Below, piece after piece: positions 50,289 through 60,077 of a DNA stretch of 64,000 bases; position 1 is the stretch's first letter; every line of letters starts with the position of its first letter. The DNA is from Deltaproteobacteria bacterium (GTDB lineage Bacteria; Desulfobacterota_D; UBA1144; Nemesobacterales; UBA2774), in contig JAVKFU010000012.1 in NCBI GenBank assembly GCA_040223695.1, positions 41-64,040 of the forward strand. Direction: 5' to 3'. The notes under the pieces were generated by a model that was not told where the DNA came from, did not search any database, and was given only the letters and a program-made list of their open reading frames with translations. Made by a program: the position numbers and the translations under genes.

Positions 50289-51182
50289 TCAGCTTCCAAA
50301 TCTTACAATCATATCGACAAGAAAATCAACGTTCCCGAAATCGTTTATTTCGTCGCTTCCGAACGGAACCTGTACGCCCGCTCCTACGCTGAATACCTGC
50401 CCTCCGAACCTGACCCCCGGAGTCACATAGGCGCCTGTGACATTCTTGTCGAACGAAGTGGAAGAGGCCAGAAGCAGCTCAAGAAGGAAGGAGGTGGAGA
50501 ATGGAAGGTTGAAATGAGGGGTAATGCTGCCGGTCGCTCCGTATTTAATTATAAGCTCGGTACCATCGCCGCCCGTATCGAAAGGGCTTTCATCGGCGTC
50601 TTCGGCATTCGTCATAATATCGAAATCAAGGTTTGCCTGAAATGCGAATATATCGCCTGTTATAGCGAATACCCCGTAGGGGACAAGGGTGTACGCGTCG
50701 TCCGTGAAGTAGGCGAAATCCCTGAAATAAGAGCGCGCTCCGAGCGTCCCGTTATTGTTCCCGGTTGTGGGCAGCAATAATTCAAATCCCAATGTCAAAA
50801 CTGAATTATTCATATTCAGAAGTGCGTATTTGGTTCCGAGTCCGATATTTCCGAAGTCGTAATCCCCGTTGCCGAATACCCCGTTTGTTACCCCGGCGAA
50901 TGGAAACTTCGCGTAAACACCGAACAGGTTTTCGGATAGATTCACATCCGCACGGAGCTGATTCATTATTAGCGCCCCGCCGCCGTCAACAGAGACAATC
51001 TCGAGGTTCCCCCTGACCCCCGTTATGCTGTAGGGATGCTCGAGGAAAAAGGAGTAAGGTATTTGACCGCCCGCCGCTCGGGCTTCATTCCCGGGCGCAG
51101 CCGCAAATGAAAATAAAAAAATCAGCGTCAAGAATAATAGTTTTATGTACTTAACACACTCAGCCGCTCCCTTTTTTAGCAT
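50289..51182 (-). CDS. Hypothetical secreted / outer-membrane protein
   Basis: Signal peptide LLFLTLIFLFSFAAA, with alternating hydrophobic beta-strand-like segments. No family recognised. The start is uncertain and the ORF extends to 51227. Confidence 0.45.
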   Translation of the reverse strand: MLKKGAAECVKYIKLLFLTLIFLFSFAAAPGNEARAAGGQIPYSFFLEHPYSITGVRGNLEIVSVDGGGALIMNQLRADVNLSENLFGVYAKFPFAGVTNGVFGNGDYDFGNIGLGTKYALLNMNNSVLTLGFELLLPTTGNNNGTLGARSYFRDFAYFTDDAYTLVPYGVFAITGDIFAFQANLDFDIMTNAEDADESPFDTGGDGTELIIKYGATGSITPHFNLPFSTSFLLELLLASSTSFDKNVTGAYVTPGVRFGGQVFSVGAGVQVPFGSDEINDFGNVDFLVDMIVRFGS

Positions 51183-51389
51183 CATCTGGCCTGGACCTCC
51201 CTTAAATTTAAAAAGATTGTATCTCATCTGAAAAAATGTTTCAAGTAGTTTCTATTATATTATTCTAACCTCCTGTAATTTATAAATATTATAAGATTTA
51301 TTCGTAATATAATATGTCTTTCAAGCATATACCAGGGAGTTTCCATAAAGATTGAATATACGCCTTTGAAAAGATATATTTCCACCACT

Positions 51390-52034
51390 ATGAAAGCCGG
51401 GCTAAAAGGGTTATACGTGATTACGGATAAAAAACTGATCCCGGGCGATCGGTTCGCGGAAAAGGTCGAACAAGCCATAAAAGGCGGAGCAAGCATCGTA
51501 CAGTTGAGAGAAAAGGACACGTCCCTAGAACAAATAATAAGTCGCGGAAAAGAGCTTATGAAATTGACCCGAAAGTACGGAGTTCCATTAATTATCAACG
51601 ATCTGCCGGAGCTGGCAGCGGAAATAGGGGCCGACGGTGTTCACCTCGGTGAAAATGATCTATCCGTTAGTCACGCCCGTACTATCCTGGGCGAGGAATC
51701 GATTATAGGTGTATCCTGCTACGGGAATCTCGAAAGAGGGCTCCGCGCAGAGAGGGAAGGGGCGAATTACGCCGCGTTCGGCACTCCGTTCTTCACACCC
51801 ACCAAACCGGAAAGGGCTCCCACGTCGTTCGACATCCTAAAGGAAGCTGTGAACAGAATACGGCTGCCGATTTTCGCTATCGGGGGTATCACGGCTGATA
51901 ATGCGGAATCCGTTCTCGACACCGGCGTAGAAGGGATTGCGGTTATAACGAGCGTGTTCGGATCATCCGATCCGGAAAAAGCATCACATGAACTTACCTC
52001 AATAATTGAGACTCATTCTCATAAGAGAAGATAA
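51390..52034 (+). CDS. thiE: Thiamine-phosphate synthase
   Basis: LYVITD...VQLREKD and HLGE...FAIGGI motifs. The ORF track begins at 51366. Confidence 0.85.
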   Translation: MKAGLKGLYVITDKKLIPGDRFAEKVEQAIKGGASIVQLREKDTSLEQIISRGKELMKLTRKYGVPLIINDLPELAAEIGADGVHLGENDLSVSHARTILGEESIIGVSCYGNLERGLRAEREGANYAAFGTPFFTPTKPERAPTSFDILKEAVNRIRLPIFAIGGITADNAESVLDTGVEGIAVITSVFGSSDPEKASHELTSIIETHSHKRR

Positions 52035-52037
52035 GTT

Positions 52038-53129
52038 TTATGTCTTAAATATTCCGGAGAATCTCTTCCCTTTTCTTTTCGACTTCACCCTTTCGGCAAG
52101 CGCGTGAGAGACAATGGGCAACGCGATAGTGGCGTCACAGTAACACTGTACGAGCTTACCCTCGGGGTCCTCTTTTCCCCAGGACACGGCCTCCTCAAAT
52201 GTACATCCGGAAAGCCCCCCCCACTGCGGGGAATCGGTCGTTATCTGTATAGCGTATTTATGGGGATAATATGTCTCATCATTTCCCAGGCCCTTGCGGT
52301 TTAAACCGCCTTCCCTGTTCGGGACTTCCCTTTCTTCATACATGAGATCGGCAGTCACGGCGAAGAGCTGTATAAAATCCTTCGGGACACCCCCGCCTAT
52401 GTATATTACGGCGGTATCAGTCACACTCTCGCCCAGCTTCATAAATTCGACGTAATCCTTAATTGCGTCTATCGTGAGGCTGAAGCCCTTTGATTTCGCT
52501 ATCAGCGCCGCGTCTCCGTAGGGACTGTCCGCTATGGCCGGGCAAAATACCGGAACGTCGTTTTCGGCGGCCACGTTTACAATGCTCCCAATATTTTTCT
52601 CTCCCAGCCAATTTCCGCATAACGAGAGAAATTCCCTCGATGAATAAGCGTAGTCTTCATCAAGCGTCATAATAAACTCCGCCAGCAGCTCGGTCATCTT
52701 GAGGTAGTCGGACTCCTTGCCGTAAACGTCGTAATACCTGTTCAAGCCGTCTTCAAATAACGCTTCGTTATCGGCCAGATGAGTACCCTGCCAGTAATCG
52801 AACCCCATGGCGTCCACTATGTCTTCGGAGATATTAGCGCCGGTGGGAACGAGTATGTCTATATAGTTGTTTTCGATTAGCCAATTGATTATTTTCCACT
52901 GCCCTGTTGTGGATAACGAGCCCGTATAACCGAGCAGGATCGTTACGTCCTCATCTCTGATCACTGCTTCGAATACATCGACAACGCGCGCCAGACTCTT
53001 ACCCTGAAATCCCGTCCGGGCCATTTCGGCGAGAAGCTCGGACACGGTCCTGGGAGCATCCACCTCTATCGCTTTTACTCTTTTGTTCAAATAACTTTCC
53101 TTTCTTATTTCAGAAATGTTCTTTGCCAT
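52038..53129 (-). CDS. Deoxyhypusine synthase family protein (DHS-like, possible homospermidine-synthase-like)
   Basis: 363 aa with DHS-family conservation by eye (GYTGSLSTTGQW, VPTGANISED). The family assignment is tentative. Confidence 0.55.
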   Translation of the reverse strand: MAKNISEIRKESYLNKRVKAIEVDAPRTVSELLAEMARTGFQGKSLARVVDVFEAVIRDEDVTILLGYTGSLSTTGQWKIINWLIENNYIDILVPTGANISEDIVDAMGFDYWQGTHLADNEALFEDGLNRYYDVYGKESDYLKMTELLAEFIMTLDEDYAYSSREFLSLCGNWLGEKNIGSIVNVAAENDVPVFCPAIADSPYGDAALIAKSKGFSLTIDAIKDYVEFMKLGESVTDTAVIYIGGGVPKDFIQLFAVTADLMYEEREVPNREGGLNRKGLGNDETYYPHKYAIQITTDSPQWGGLSGCTFEEAVSWGKEDPEGKLVQCYCDATIALPIVSHALAERVKSKRKGKRFSGIFKT

Positions 53130-53375
53130 CCGTATTTATACCTCCGTGTTTTGTTACCGGACAAATAGAGAAAACGCATCCCGAAATCGAATGTTATATA
53201 GAGCCGGTTCTAAATCGAAATTTTATAATTGATCGGTTGATACCGCTGTTTATTGTAAATCCGTTTTTGAACTTTTACGAATCATAGTCTGAATAGCTCG
53301 ATCATTCACGGTTAAAGAATTGAAAATACCAGAGAGAAGTCAAAATTCAATGACGCTGGCCGGGAACGACCCGCG

Positions 53376-55862
53376 CTAAAGAACGATATTGACCAGCTTG
53401 CCGGGTACCACTATCACTTTCCTCGGCTCCTTTCCCCCGAGATAACTCTTCACTTTTTCATCCGCGAATGCCGCTTCTTTCATCTGCTCGCTGTCGGGAT
53501 CGGGATTCATCGTAATCTGGCTCCTTACCTTTCCGTTTACCTGCAGAACTACGGTTATGGAAGCGCTTGAGACAAGCTCCCTGTCCCACTCGATCCAGGG
53601 TTTATCGACGAGTGAATCGGTATGGCCCAGCTCATGCCATAGCTCTTCCGTTACATGCGGGGCCATCGGGTAAAGGAGTCTGACCATTGCTTCAATCGCC
53701 TGTTTTAAAACTGCTCTGTCAGTCCCGCCCTCAGCCTCAAAACGCGATGTGTCGTTTAGCAGCTCCATTACGGCCGCGATTGCGGTGTTGAACTGAAACC
53801 TTTCCAAATCGTCGGTCACCTTTTTGATGGTCTTGTGCACCTTGATGAGGAGTTCCTTTGCTGTGCCCGATAATTTCTTAGGGTCCGCTGCTTTATCCGT
53901 TAGACCCTCTATCTCGGAGAGCCTGTCGGATACGAGCCGCCACAGACGGTTTAAAAATCTGTAAGCACCCTCTACCCCCTCGTCGCTCCAGTCTAGATCC
54001 TTCTGCATGGGAGCGGCGAAGAGCATAAAAAGCCTCACCGTGTCGGCGCCGTATTTCTTTATCATATCGTCGGGGTCCACGATGTTTCCGATGGATTTGG
54101 ACATCTTGGCCCCATCCTTTATTACCATCCCCTGCGTCATGAGGTTCATAAAGGGCTCGTCAAGATCGCACATACCTAGATCCCTGAGCGCCTTGGTAAA
54201 AAACCTCGCGTAGAGAAGATGAAGTATTGCGTGCTCAATTCCTCCGATGTACTGATCGACCGGGAGCCAGTAGTGGACATCATCCCTATCGAATATCCCG
54301 CTCTCGAAGTGAGGTGATGCGTACCTGAGGAAATACCACGAGGACTCGACAAACGTATCCATCGTATCCGTTTCGCGCCTGGCCTCTCCTCCGCATTCGG
54401 GACAGACCGTATTCACGAAATCACGGTCGTTTGCGAGCGGTGAGCCTCCCTTGCCGGTGAACTCAATATCGAGCGGGAGCTCTACAGGAAGCTCATCGTC
54501 GGGAACCGGAACCGCCCCGCACTTCTCGCAATATACCACGGGTATCGGAGCTCCCCAGTACCTCTGACGCGATATACCCCAGTCCCTCAGCCTGTAATTG
54601 ATCTGCCTTCTGCCGAAGCCCTCTCTCTCGATGAACTCGATAACCTTATCTTTTCCCTCTTCGGACGGAGTCCCGGAAAATTCTCCCGAGTTCGCCATCA
54701 CTCCCGCCTCAACGTACGCTTCGCTCATATTCTCCGGTTTTATTTCCTCTCCCTCAGGATGAATTACGGGAACTATCGGCAGACCGTACTCTGTAGCGAA
54801 TTCAAAATCTCTCTGGTCGTGCGCCGGCACGCACATGATTATTCCGGTTCCGTACTCTATGAGCACGAAGTTCGCTATATAAATCGGAATCCTTTCTCCA
54901 TTAAAGGGATTTACGCAGTATGCGCCTGTAAAAATCCCCTCTTTGGTTGCCCCTTCGGCTATTCTGTCTATGCTGCTCTGCTTTTCCACTCTTTTTATAA
55001 ACTCAAGCGCTTCCCTTTCCTCCGGTTTCCCCCTGATTAACTCAACCGCGAGCGGATGCTCGGGAGCGATGCTCATGTACGTGACGCCGAATACTGTATC
55101 GGGACGGGTCGTAAATATCTTGAGATGTTTTTCCCCTCCGATCTCAGACTCGAGCGGAAACTCTATTTCAGCTCCCGTGCTCTTTCCTATCCAGTTTTTC
55201 TGCATCGACAGCACCCTTTCGGGCCACCCGTCTTTTAGCTTTTCCGCCCATTCCAGGAGCTCGTCCGCGTACTCTGTGGTCTTGAAAAACCATCCTTCCA
55301 TTTCTTTCAGCACCACCTCCGAGCCGCACCGCCAGCAAAGTCCGTCCTCAACCTGCTCGTTGGCAAGAACCGTCCCGCACGAAGGGCACCAGTTAACCGT
55401 GGTTGTTTTTTGATAGGCAAGCCCGCGCTTGAGCATACGCGTAAAAACCATCTGCTCCCACTTGTAATACTCGGGGTCGCAGGTGGCAATTTCCCTCGTC
55501 CAGTCGTAACTGAACCCGAGCATTTTGAGCTGCCCTCTCATCTGAGAAATATTCTCATAAGTCCACTTGGCGGGATGCACGCCGCGCTCAATCGCGGCGT
55601 TCTCGGCGGGAAGCCCGAAAGCATCCCACCCTATCGGATGCAGCACATTGAACCCTCTCGTTCTCTTATACCGCGCAACGACGTCTCCTATCGTATAGTT
55701 TCTTACGTGACCCATATGAATACGTCCCGAAGGATAGGGAAACATCTCGAGTACATAGTATTTCGTTTGTCCCTCTTCCGGGCGCACTTCGTAAACTTTG
55801 TTTTCTTCCCAGTACTCCCGCCACCTTTTCTCTATTTCCCTCGGCTTATAGCTCTCTTTCAT
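53376..55862 (-). CDS. leuS: Leucyl-tRNA synthetase
   Basis: [16 protein letters not shown] (HIGH) and KMSKS motifs. Start at MKESYKP; the ORF continues to 55877. Confidence 0.95.
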   Translation of the reverse strand: MKESYKPREIEKRWREYWEENKVYEVRPEEGQTKYYVLEMFPYPSGRIHMGHVRNYTIGDVVARYKRTRGFNVLHPIGWDAFGLPAENAAIERGVHPAKWTYENISQMRGQLKMLGFSYDWTREIATCDPEYYKWEQMVFTRMLKRGLAYQKTTTVNWCPSCGTVLANEQVEDGLCWRCGSEVVLKEMEGWFFKTTEYADELLEWAEKLKDGWPERVLSMQKNWIGKSTGAEIEFPLESEIGGEKHLKIFTTRPDTVFGVTYMSIAPEHPLAVELIRGKPEEREALEFIKRVEKQSSIDRIAEGATKEGIFTGAYCVNPFNGERIPIYIANFVLIEYGTGIIMCVPAHDQRDFEFATEYGLPIVPVIHPEGEEIKPENMSEAYVEAGVMANSGEFSGTPSEEGKDKVIEFIEREGFGRRQINYRLRDWGISRQRYWGAPIPVVYCEKCGAVPVPDDELPVELPLDIEFTGKGGSPLANDRDFVNTVCPECGGEARRETDTMDTFVESSWYFLRYASPHFESGIFDRDDVHYWLPVDQYIGGIEHAILHLLYARFFTKALRDLGMCDLDEPFMNLMTQGMVIKDGAKMSKSIGNIVDPDDMIKKYGADTVRLFMLFAAPMQKDLDWSDEGVEGAYRFLNRLWRLVSDRLSEIEGLTDKAADPKKLSGTAKELLIKVHKTIKKVTDDLERFQFNTAIAAVMELLNDTSRFEAEGGTDRAVLKQAIEAMVRLLYPMAPHVTEELWHELGHTDSLVDKPWIEWDRELVSSASITVVLQVNGKVRSQITMNPDPDSEQMKEAAFADEKVKSYLGGKEPRKVIVVPGKLVNIVL

Positions 55863-55977
55863 TCCAGGCCCTTTCACTCCGAATATTTTTATTTAGGATA
55901 GAATTATTTACCATAATCACAAGCATAGGACAAAGATTTCGAGCGATTTCCCCGGCTGGGACTTTTATAAAGACAGC

Positions 55978-56808
55978 GTGTTGTATAATATTACGGGAAT
56001 TAAAGATATGAACGCGGAAGCAGAGCTAAAAGGGATAATAGAGGATCTGAAAAATTATTTCGAGTTTCAGAAATCCATGGGAATTGAGAGAATACTCGTG
56101 GAAAACGGAGCAGAGGAAAAACCCCGGCAAATTCCCGAGAAACAACCGACGAGGGTAGAAAAAAAAGTGGCGGCACGGAAAACAGACAGAGAAGACATAA
56201 TAAAAATAGAAGACAAGACGGACCTGTTCGATGCGGCTTCCAAAAGTATGACGCTTGAGGAAATAAGGGAAGAGATAGGGGACTGCACGAGGTGCAAGCT
56301 TCACGAGGGAAGAACCAAGCTCGTCTACGGCGAGGGTAACCCCGAGGCAAGGCTCGTTTTCGTGGGCGAGGGTCCGGGCAGGGACGAGGACCAGCAGGGA
56401 AGGCCGTTTGTCGGAAGGGCGGGCAAACTGCTTACGAAAATCATCGAGGCTATGGGTCTTGGAAGAGAGGACGTCTATATATGCAATGTTGTAAAGTGCC
56501 GCCCCCCCGGAAACAGGACTCCCGAGCCCGACGAGATGGCTACCTGCGAACAGTTCCTATTCAAGCAGATAAGGGCGGTAAAGCCCGAAGTGATTGTATG
56601 CCTGGGAACGACAGCGGCCCAGTCCATTCTAAAATCAAAGATGAGTCTCGGGAACCTGAGGGGCAGGTTTCATTTATACGGAAACACCAAGCTTATGGTT
56701 ACGTATCATCCTGCGGCGCTCCTGCGGAATCCGAATTTCAAGAAGCCGCTCTGGGATGATATGCAGGTCGTGATGAAGGAACTCGGTATTTCAAAACCGG
56801 GCGGTTAG
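55978..56808 (+). CDS. Uracil-DNA glycosylase family 4, with charged N-terminal extension of about 100 aa
   Basis: GEGPG...RPFVGRAGKLL motif and Fe-S Cys residues (CTRC, CNVVKCRPP). The start codon is uncertain. The stop overlaps the tRNA 5' end. Confidence 0.8.
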   Translation: MLYNITGIKDMNAEAELKGIIEDLKNYFEFQKSMGIERILVENGAEEKPRQIPEKQPTRVEKKVAARKTDREDIIKIEDKTDLFDAASKSMTLEEIREEIGDCTRCKLHEGRTKLVYGEGNPEARLVFVGEGPGRDEDQQGRPFVGRAGKLLTKIIEAMGLGREDVYICNVVKCRPPGNRTPEPDEMATCEQFLFKQIRAVKPEVIVCLGTTAAQSILKSKMSLGNLRGRFHLYGNTKLMVTYHPAALLRNPNFKKPLWDDMQVVMKELGISKPGG

Positions 56809-56874
56809 CTCAGCGGATAGAGCGCAGGCCTCCGAAGCCTGAGGTCGGGGGTTCGAATCCCCCATCGCCCGCCA
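56799..56874 (+). tRNA. tRNA-Arg (anticodon CCG)
   Basis: 76-nt cloverleaf folded by hand. Acceptor GGGCGGT/ATCGCCC, D-arm GCTC-AGCGGATA-GAGC, anticodon arm CAGGC-CTCCGAA-GCCTG, T-arm GGGGG-TTCGAAT-CCCCC, encoded CCA. Confidence 0.85.
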
Positions 56875-56974
56875 TTATTAGCCAAGAATCATTAATCCTG
56901 AAGCTTCTTACGTGCGGCTTTTATGTTGTCAGTATGAGCACTTAGATTGGAAAGTATTTCGTTGTCGTCTGATA

Positions 56975-57400
56975 TCAGTTTTCCAGATTAGCGTCCATCG
57001 TGATCTCCGCGTTAAGCACTTTTGATACGGGGCAACCTTTCTTGGCGTTATCCGCAGCCCTCTTGAACGACTCCGTATCCGCCCCCGGCATCTTAACGGT
57101 TACGTCCAGATGAACGGAAGTAATAGCGAACCCCTGGTCTGTTTTTTCCAGTTGAACCGACGCCGTCGTCCTGATGCTTTCCGCTGTCATGTCCAGCTTG
57201 CCCAATTCAGAAGACAAAGCCATCGAGAAACACCCTGCGTGAGCGGCAGCTATCAACTCTTCAGGATTAGTGCCTTTACCATCTTCGAATCGGGTTTTAA
57301 ATGAATACTGAGTATCGGATAGGACTCCGCTCTCGGTCGATACCGTACCTTCCCCACTCTTTAAATCTCCTTTCCAGACCGCAGAACCATTACGTTTCAT
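56975..57400 (-). CDS. OsmC/Ohr family peroxiredoxin
   Basis: GKGTNPEELIAAAHAGCFSMAL and C-terminal GCPVS motifs, the two conserved Cys of OsmC. Confidence 0.85.
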   Translation of the reverse strand: MKRNGSAVWKGDLKSGEGTVSTESGVLSDTQYSFKTRFEDGKGTNPEELIAAAHAGCFSMALSSELGKLDMTAESIRTTASVQLEKTDQGFAITSVHLDVTVKMPGADTESFKRAADNAKKGCPVSKVLNAEITMDANLEN

Positions 57401-57545
57401 TGCTCCTCCTATTATTAGACTAAATTTATTTAGCTACATGCTAGTTTACATATACACTTTTAAGTGACCTCAGTTTATATTTACAGAAAATACTATCATA
57501 AGACTTTCTGCGGTCTAGGAATATTTTTTCAACAGGAAAAAGCCG

Positions 57546-57824
57546 ATGAACAGAACACCGTTCACAAATATCGTAAAGAGATTCACAAAAGAAGTAGATT
57601 TATACCGGCGTGTAATCGCGCATCCCCGCTGTCCCAGAGTCACGCGTATTTGTCTCGGCGCCGCCATTGTTTACGCTATCTCTCCTATCGATCTGATTCC
57701 GGATTTTATACCCGTGTTGGGGTATGTTGATGACATTCTGATATTGCCCCTTCTCATATTTATTGCCTTGCGGTTCGTTCCGAAAGAATTGATAGAGGAA
57801 GTCAGAGCACAGACAGTAAATTAG
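57546..57824 (+). CDS. DUF1232 (YkvA-like) membrane protein
   Basis: AISPIDLIPDFIPVLGYVDDILILPL signature. Confidence 0.75.
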   Translation: MNRTPFTNIVKRFTKEVDLYRRVIAHPRCPRVTRICLGAAIVYAISPIDLIPDFIPVLGYVDDILILPLLIFIALRFVPKELIEEVRAQTVN

Positions 57825-58086
57825 ATTAAAACATCTCCTGGCTAGCATGGGATGTTAAGGTACTGACAAGTCTATTGTCCTTTTTCTTCCCACATTATAT
57901 ATTCCGCAAAATTCCCATGATTAGATTGTCATTTTCATCTTTCTTATTCATATCAGGCTATTTTTTGACTATCGGAAATAATTTGTGTTTTATATCCAAG
58001 TATTTTATGCTCTTATAAAAAACCAAATCCAACTTCTCACCGTATATATAAAGATAAGCAAAATCTACCAACAAGGAGGTGTGTAT

Positions 58087-58461
58087 ATGTCTACAATAGG
58101 CAAAACACAGATTACTATCACGTTTATATGCCCCCCGGAGCACGTAGCCGAGGGAGAGAGAATTTTCGCAAGCCACGCCAAGTGGATGGAGACAACGCAT
58201 CACAAGTCGGGCGAATTGGCTATGCTTCGCTATAATATTATCAAAGGACCGGGGCTGGAGAATCCTCTGGATCCGTCGTCGGCGCCGACCGGCAACACTA
58301 TGTTCGTATTGGATGAGATGTACGAAAATCAGGCGGGTCTCGACGACCACTGGAAAAGGGCGCCGGCAGAATGGGAAGACATCGGGGCATTGGTAGAGTG
58401 GGCAGGCAAGTGTAAGGTTGTAACGGCGCACAATGGCGTTGCAATACAAGGGCTCTGGTAA
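58087..58461 (+). CDS. Hypothetical protein (124 aa)
   Basis: RBS CAAGGAGG 8 nt upstream and a rho-independent terminator downstream. No family recognised, though it may be a small alpha+beta-barrel (ABM/Dabb-like). The track ORF at 57985 is longer, but the RBS supports 58087. Confidence 0.55.
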   Translation: MSTIGKTQITITFICPPEHVAEGERIFASHAKWMETTHHKSGELAMLRYNIIKGPGLENPLDPSSAPTGNTMFVLDEMYENQAGLDDHWKRAPAEWEDIGALVEWAGKCKVVTAHNGVAIQGLW

Positions 58462-58480
58462 ATCGTAGCGAATTATATAA

Positions 58481-58526
58481 AGCACTTTGGCTCTGTTGCA
58501 TAGCAGAGTCAAAGTGTTCTTTCTCA
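58481..58526 (+). terminator. Rho-independent terminator
   Basis: 13-bp stem (58483-58495 pairing with 58504-58516, one G-U), an 8-nt loop, then a TTCTTTCT run. Confidence 0.6.
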
Positions 58527-58681
58527 AGAAATTCAGACCAAAGATGGTAACCGGAGTTTGAACCTATATTCCCTCGGAAGATTGGTACCATACCCCTAAG
58601 CTTTCCCGCCTCAGCATCAAAGTCACTAATCAAAATGATGAATTAAAAAGATTGACTTTATGAATGATTTTCTATTTGGTC

Positions 58682-59953
58682 TCATAAAGTGTTGAGAGAT
58701 TTCAGCTCTTTTGACACTTCCTCTGAATTAAAGTGCGGATTTGTCTCAAGAGCGAGGTTCAAATATTCTCTGGCCTTCCCGTAATCGCCGTTAGCAATAC
58801 TAATCATACCCGCGTGGTAGAACAATTGAGCATCCCTTGTACCCGTTGCCAGAGACTTTTTAGAGGCATATTGCGCTTTTTTGAACTCACCCCTTTTGTA
58901 ATGAACCCAGGCAAGTGTATCGTAGCCGTGTACGTCTTTTCTAATATTTAAGTCTCTCTCGGCTAGAGCGAGCGCTTTATCGAGGTTGGTCCCTTTATCC
59001 GCGTAATAGAGAGCAAGCGCTCTTAGATAGCCCGGGTCTCCCTCTTTTACCCTTTCTTCGTATATTCCGAGTGCGCTTGACTCCAGTTTTTCAGCTTCTT
59101 TCTCCTTGCCCTGGCTTTTATAGACCTCTGCAAGCGCGATGTAGAACTCAGGCGCCGGGTTTATTTCAAGAACCTGTTTATATAATTTTTCAGCCTCGGC
59201 GTAATTCCCTCTGACGGCGTTTATTTCAGCCAGATGCTCAAGCCCCAGATAATAACCGGGCATAATCTCAAGCGACTTCTTATAATGCTTCTCTGCATCC
59301 GACAAATTACCCTGGTTAAAATAAATAGATCCGAGCATAACCTGTGTCCATGCCAGATTTTCCCTGGATGTCCGGACATTTTTCAGCCCTGCCTCGTAAG
59401 CATTATTCATTGCTTCAATTGCGCCCGCCGTGTCTCCCTGTACGACCCTCAGATTGGATAATCTGCTGTATGAATCAAGAGAAGGATCAAGTGTGAGCAT
59501 CCGGTTATAGGACGCCTCGGCTTTCGTGAGGTCCCCCAAGTCCAGATACGAGTCACCCAGTATCCCGTAGCCATAGCTGTTTTCCGGTTCGAGCTCAACT
59601 GCCTTGAGCGCATATTGAAGAGCGTCATCAAATTCGTGTTTTGAAATATGCGCCATTGCCATCAAAACTGTTCCGTTGTAATTCTTCGGGCTTATAGAAA
59701 GGGACCGTTCGAGGCTCTTATATGCCTTGTCGTAATAGAGAGTATCGCCGGTTTCTCTTGCTTTCTGCATATAGGCTGCCGCGAGCCTGTTATAATCGAG
59801 ATAGGATGACGGGTCGGCTTCCGTTCTCTTCAGATAAAATTTTATAGAATTGTCCGTTCCTTCACTGAGGTTCTTTTTGCCAGCGTTATCCGGTTCCGAG
59901 CAGGCGAAAGAAAATACAAAACACAGAACCAATAATATGGATGTAGATAATTT
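58682..59953 (-). CDS. Tetratricopeptide-repeat lipoprotein
   Basis: Signal peptide with lipobox SFAC, followed by at least 9 TPR-like repeats (AxxYxxAL, GxYxxA patterns). The ORF extends to 59977. Confidence 0.75.
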   Translation of the reverse strand, partial: KLSTSILLVLCFVFSFACSEPDNAGKKNLSEGTDNSIKFYLKRTEADPSSYLDYNRLAAAYMQKARETGDTLYYDKAYKSLERSLSISPKNYNGTVLMAMAHISKHEFDDALQYALKAVELEPENSYGYGILGDSYLDLGDLTKAEASYNRMLTLDPSLDSYSRLSNLRVVQGDTAGAIEAMNNAYEAGLKNVRTSRENLAWTQVMLGSIYFNQGNLSDAEKHYKKSLEIMPGYYLGLEHLAEINAVRGNYAEAEKLYKQVLEINPAPEFYIALAEVYKSQGKEKEAEKLESSALGIYEERVKEGDPGYLRALALYYADKGTNLDKALALAERDLNIRKDVHGYDTLAWVHYKRGEFKKAQYASKKSLATGTRDAQLFYHAGMISIANGDYGKAREYLNLALETNPHFNSEEVSKELKSLNTL

Positions 59954-60077
59954 CATCGCAGTATTCTCTATCTTCATACTGATTAAGTCCTATTAAACAA
60001 GAACCCGGGACAGTTCCAACATGGGTAAGGGTCTGTCTATCTTGCCCCGGGTTCAACAACTGGGCTAAGAGTATATT

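Noticed and set aside
51228-51389. Looked for a TPP (THI-box) riboswitch upstream of thiE.
   Set aside because: The region is AT-rich with no CTGAGA / GGGG THI-box signature, so thiE is probably regulated differently.
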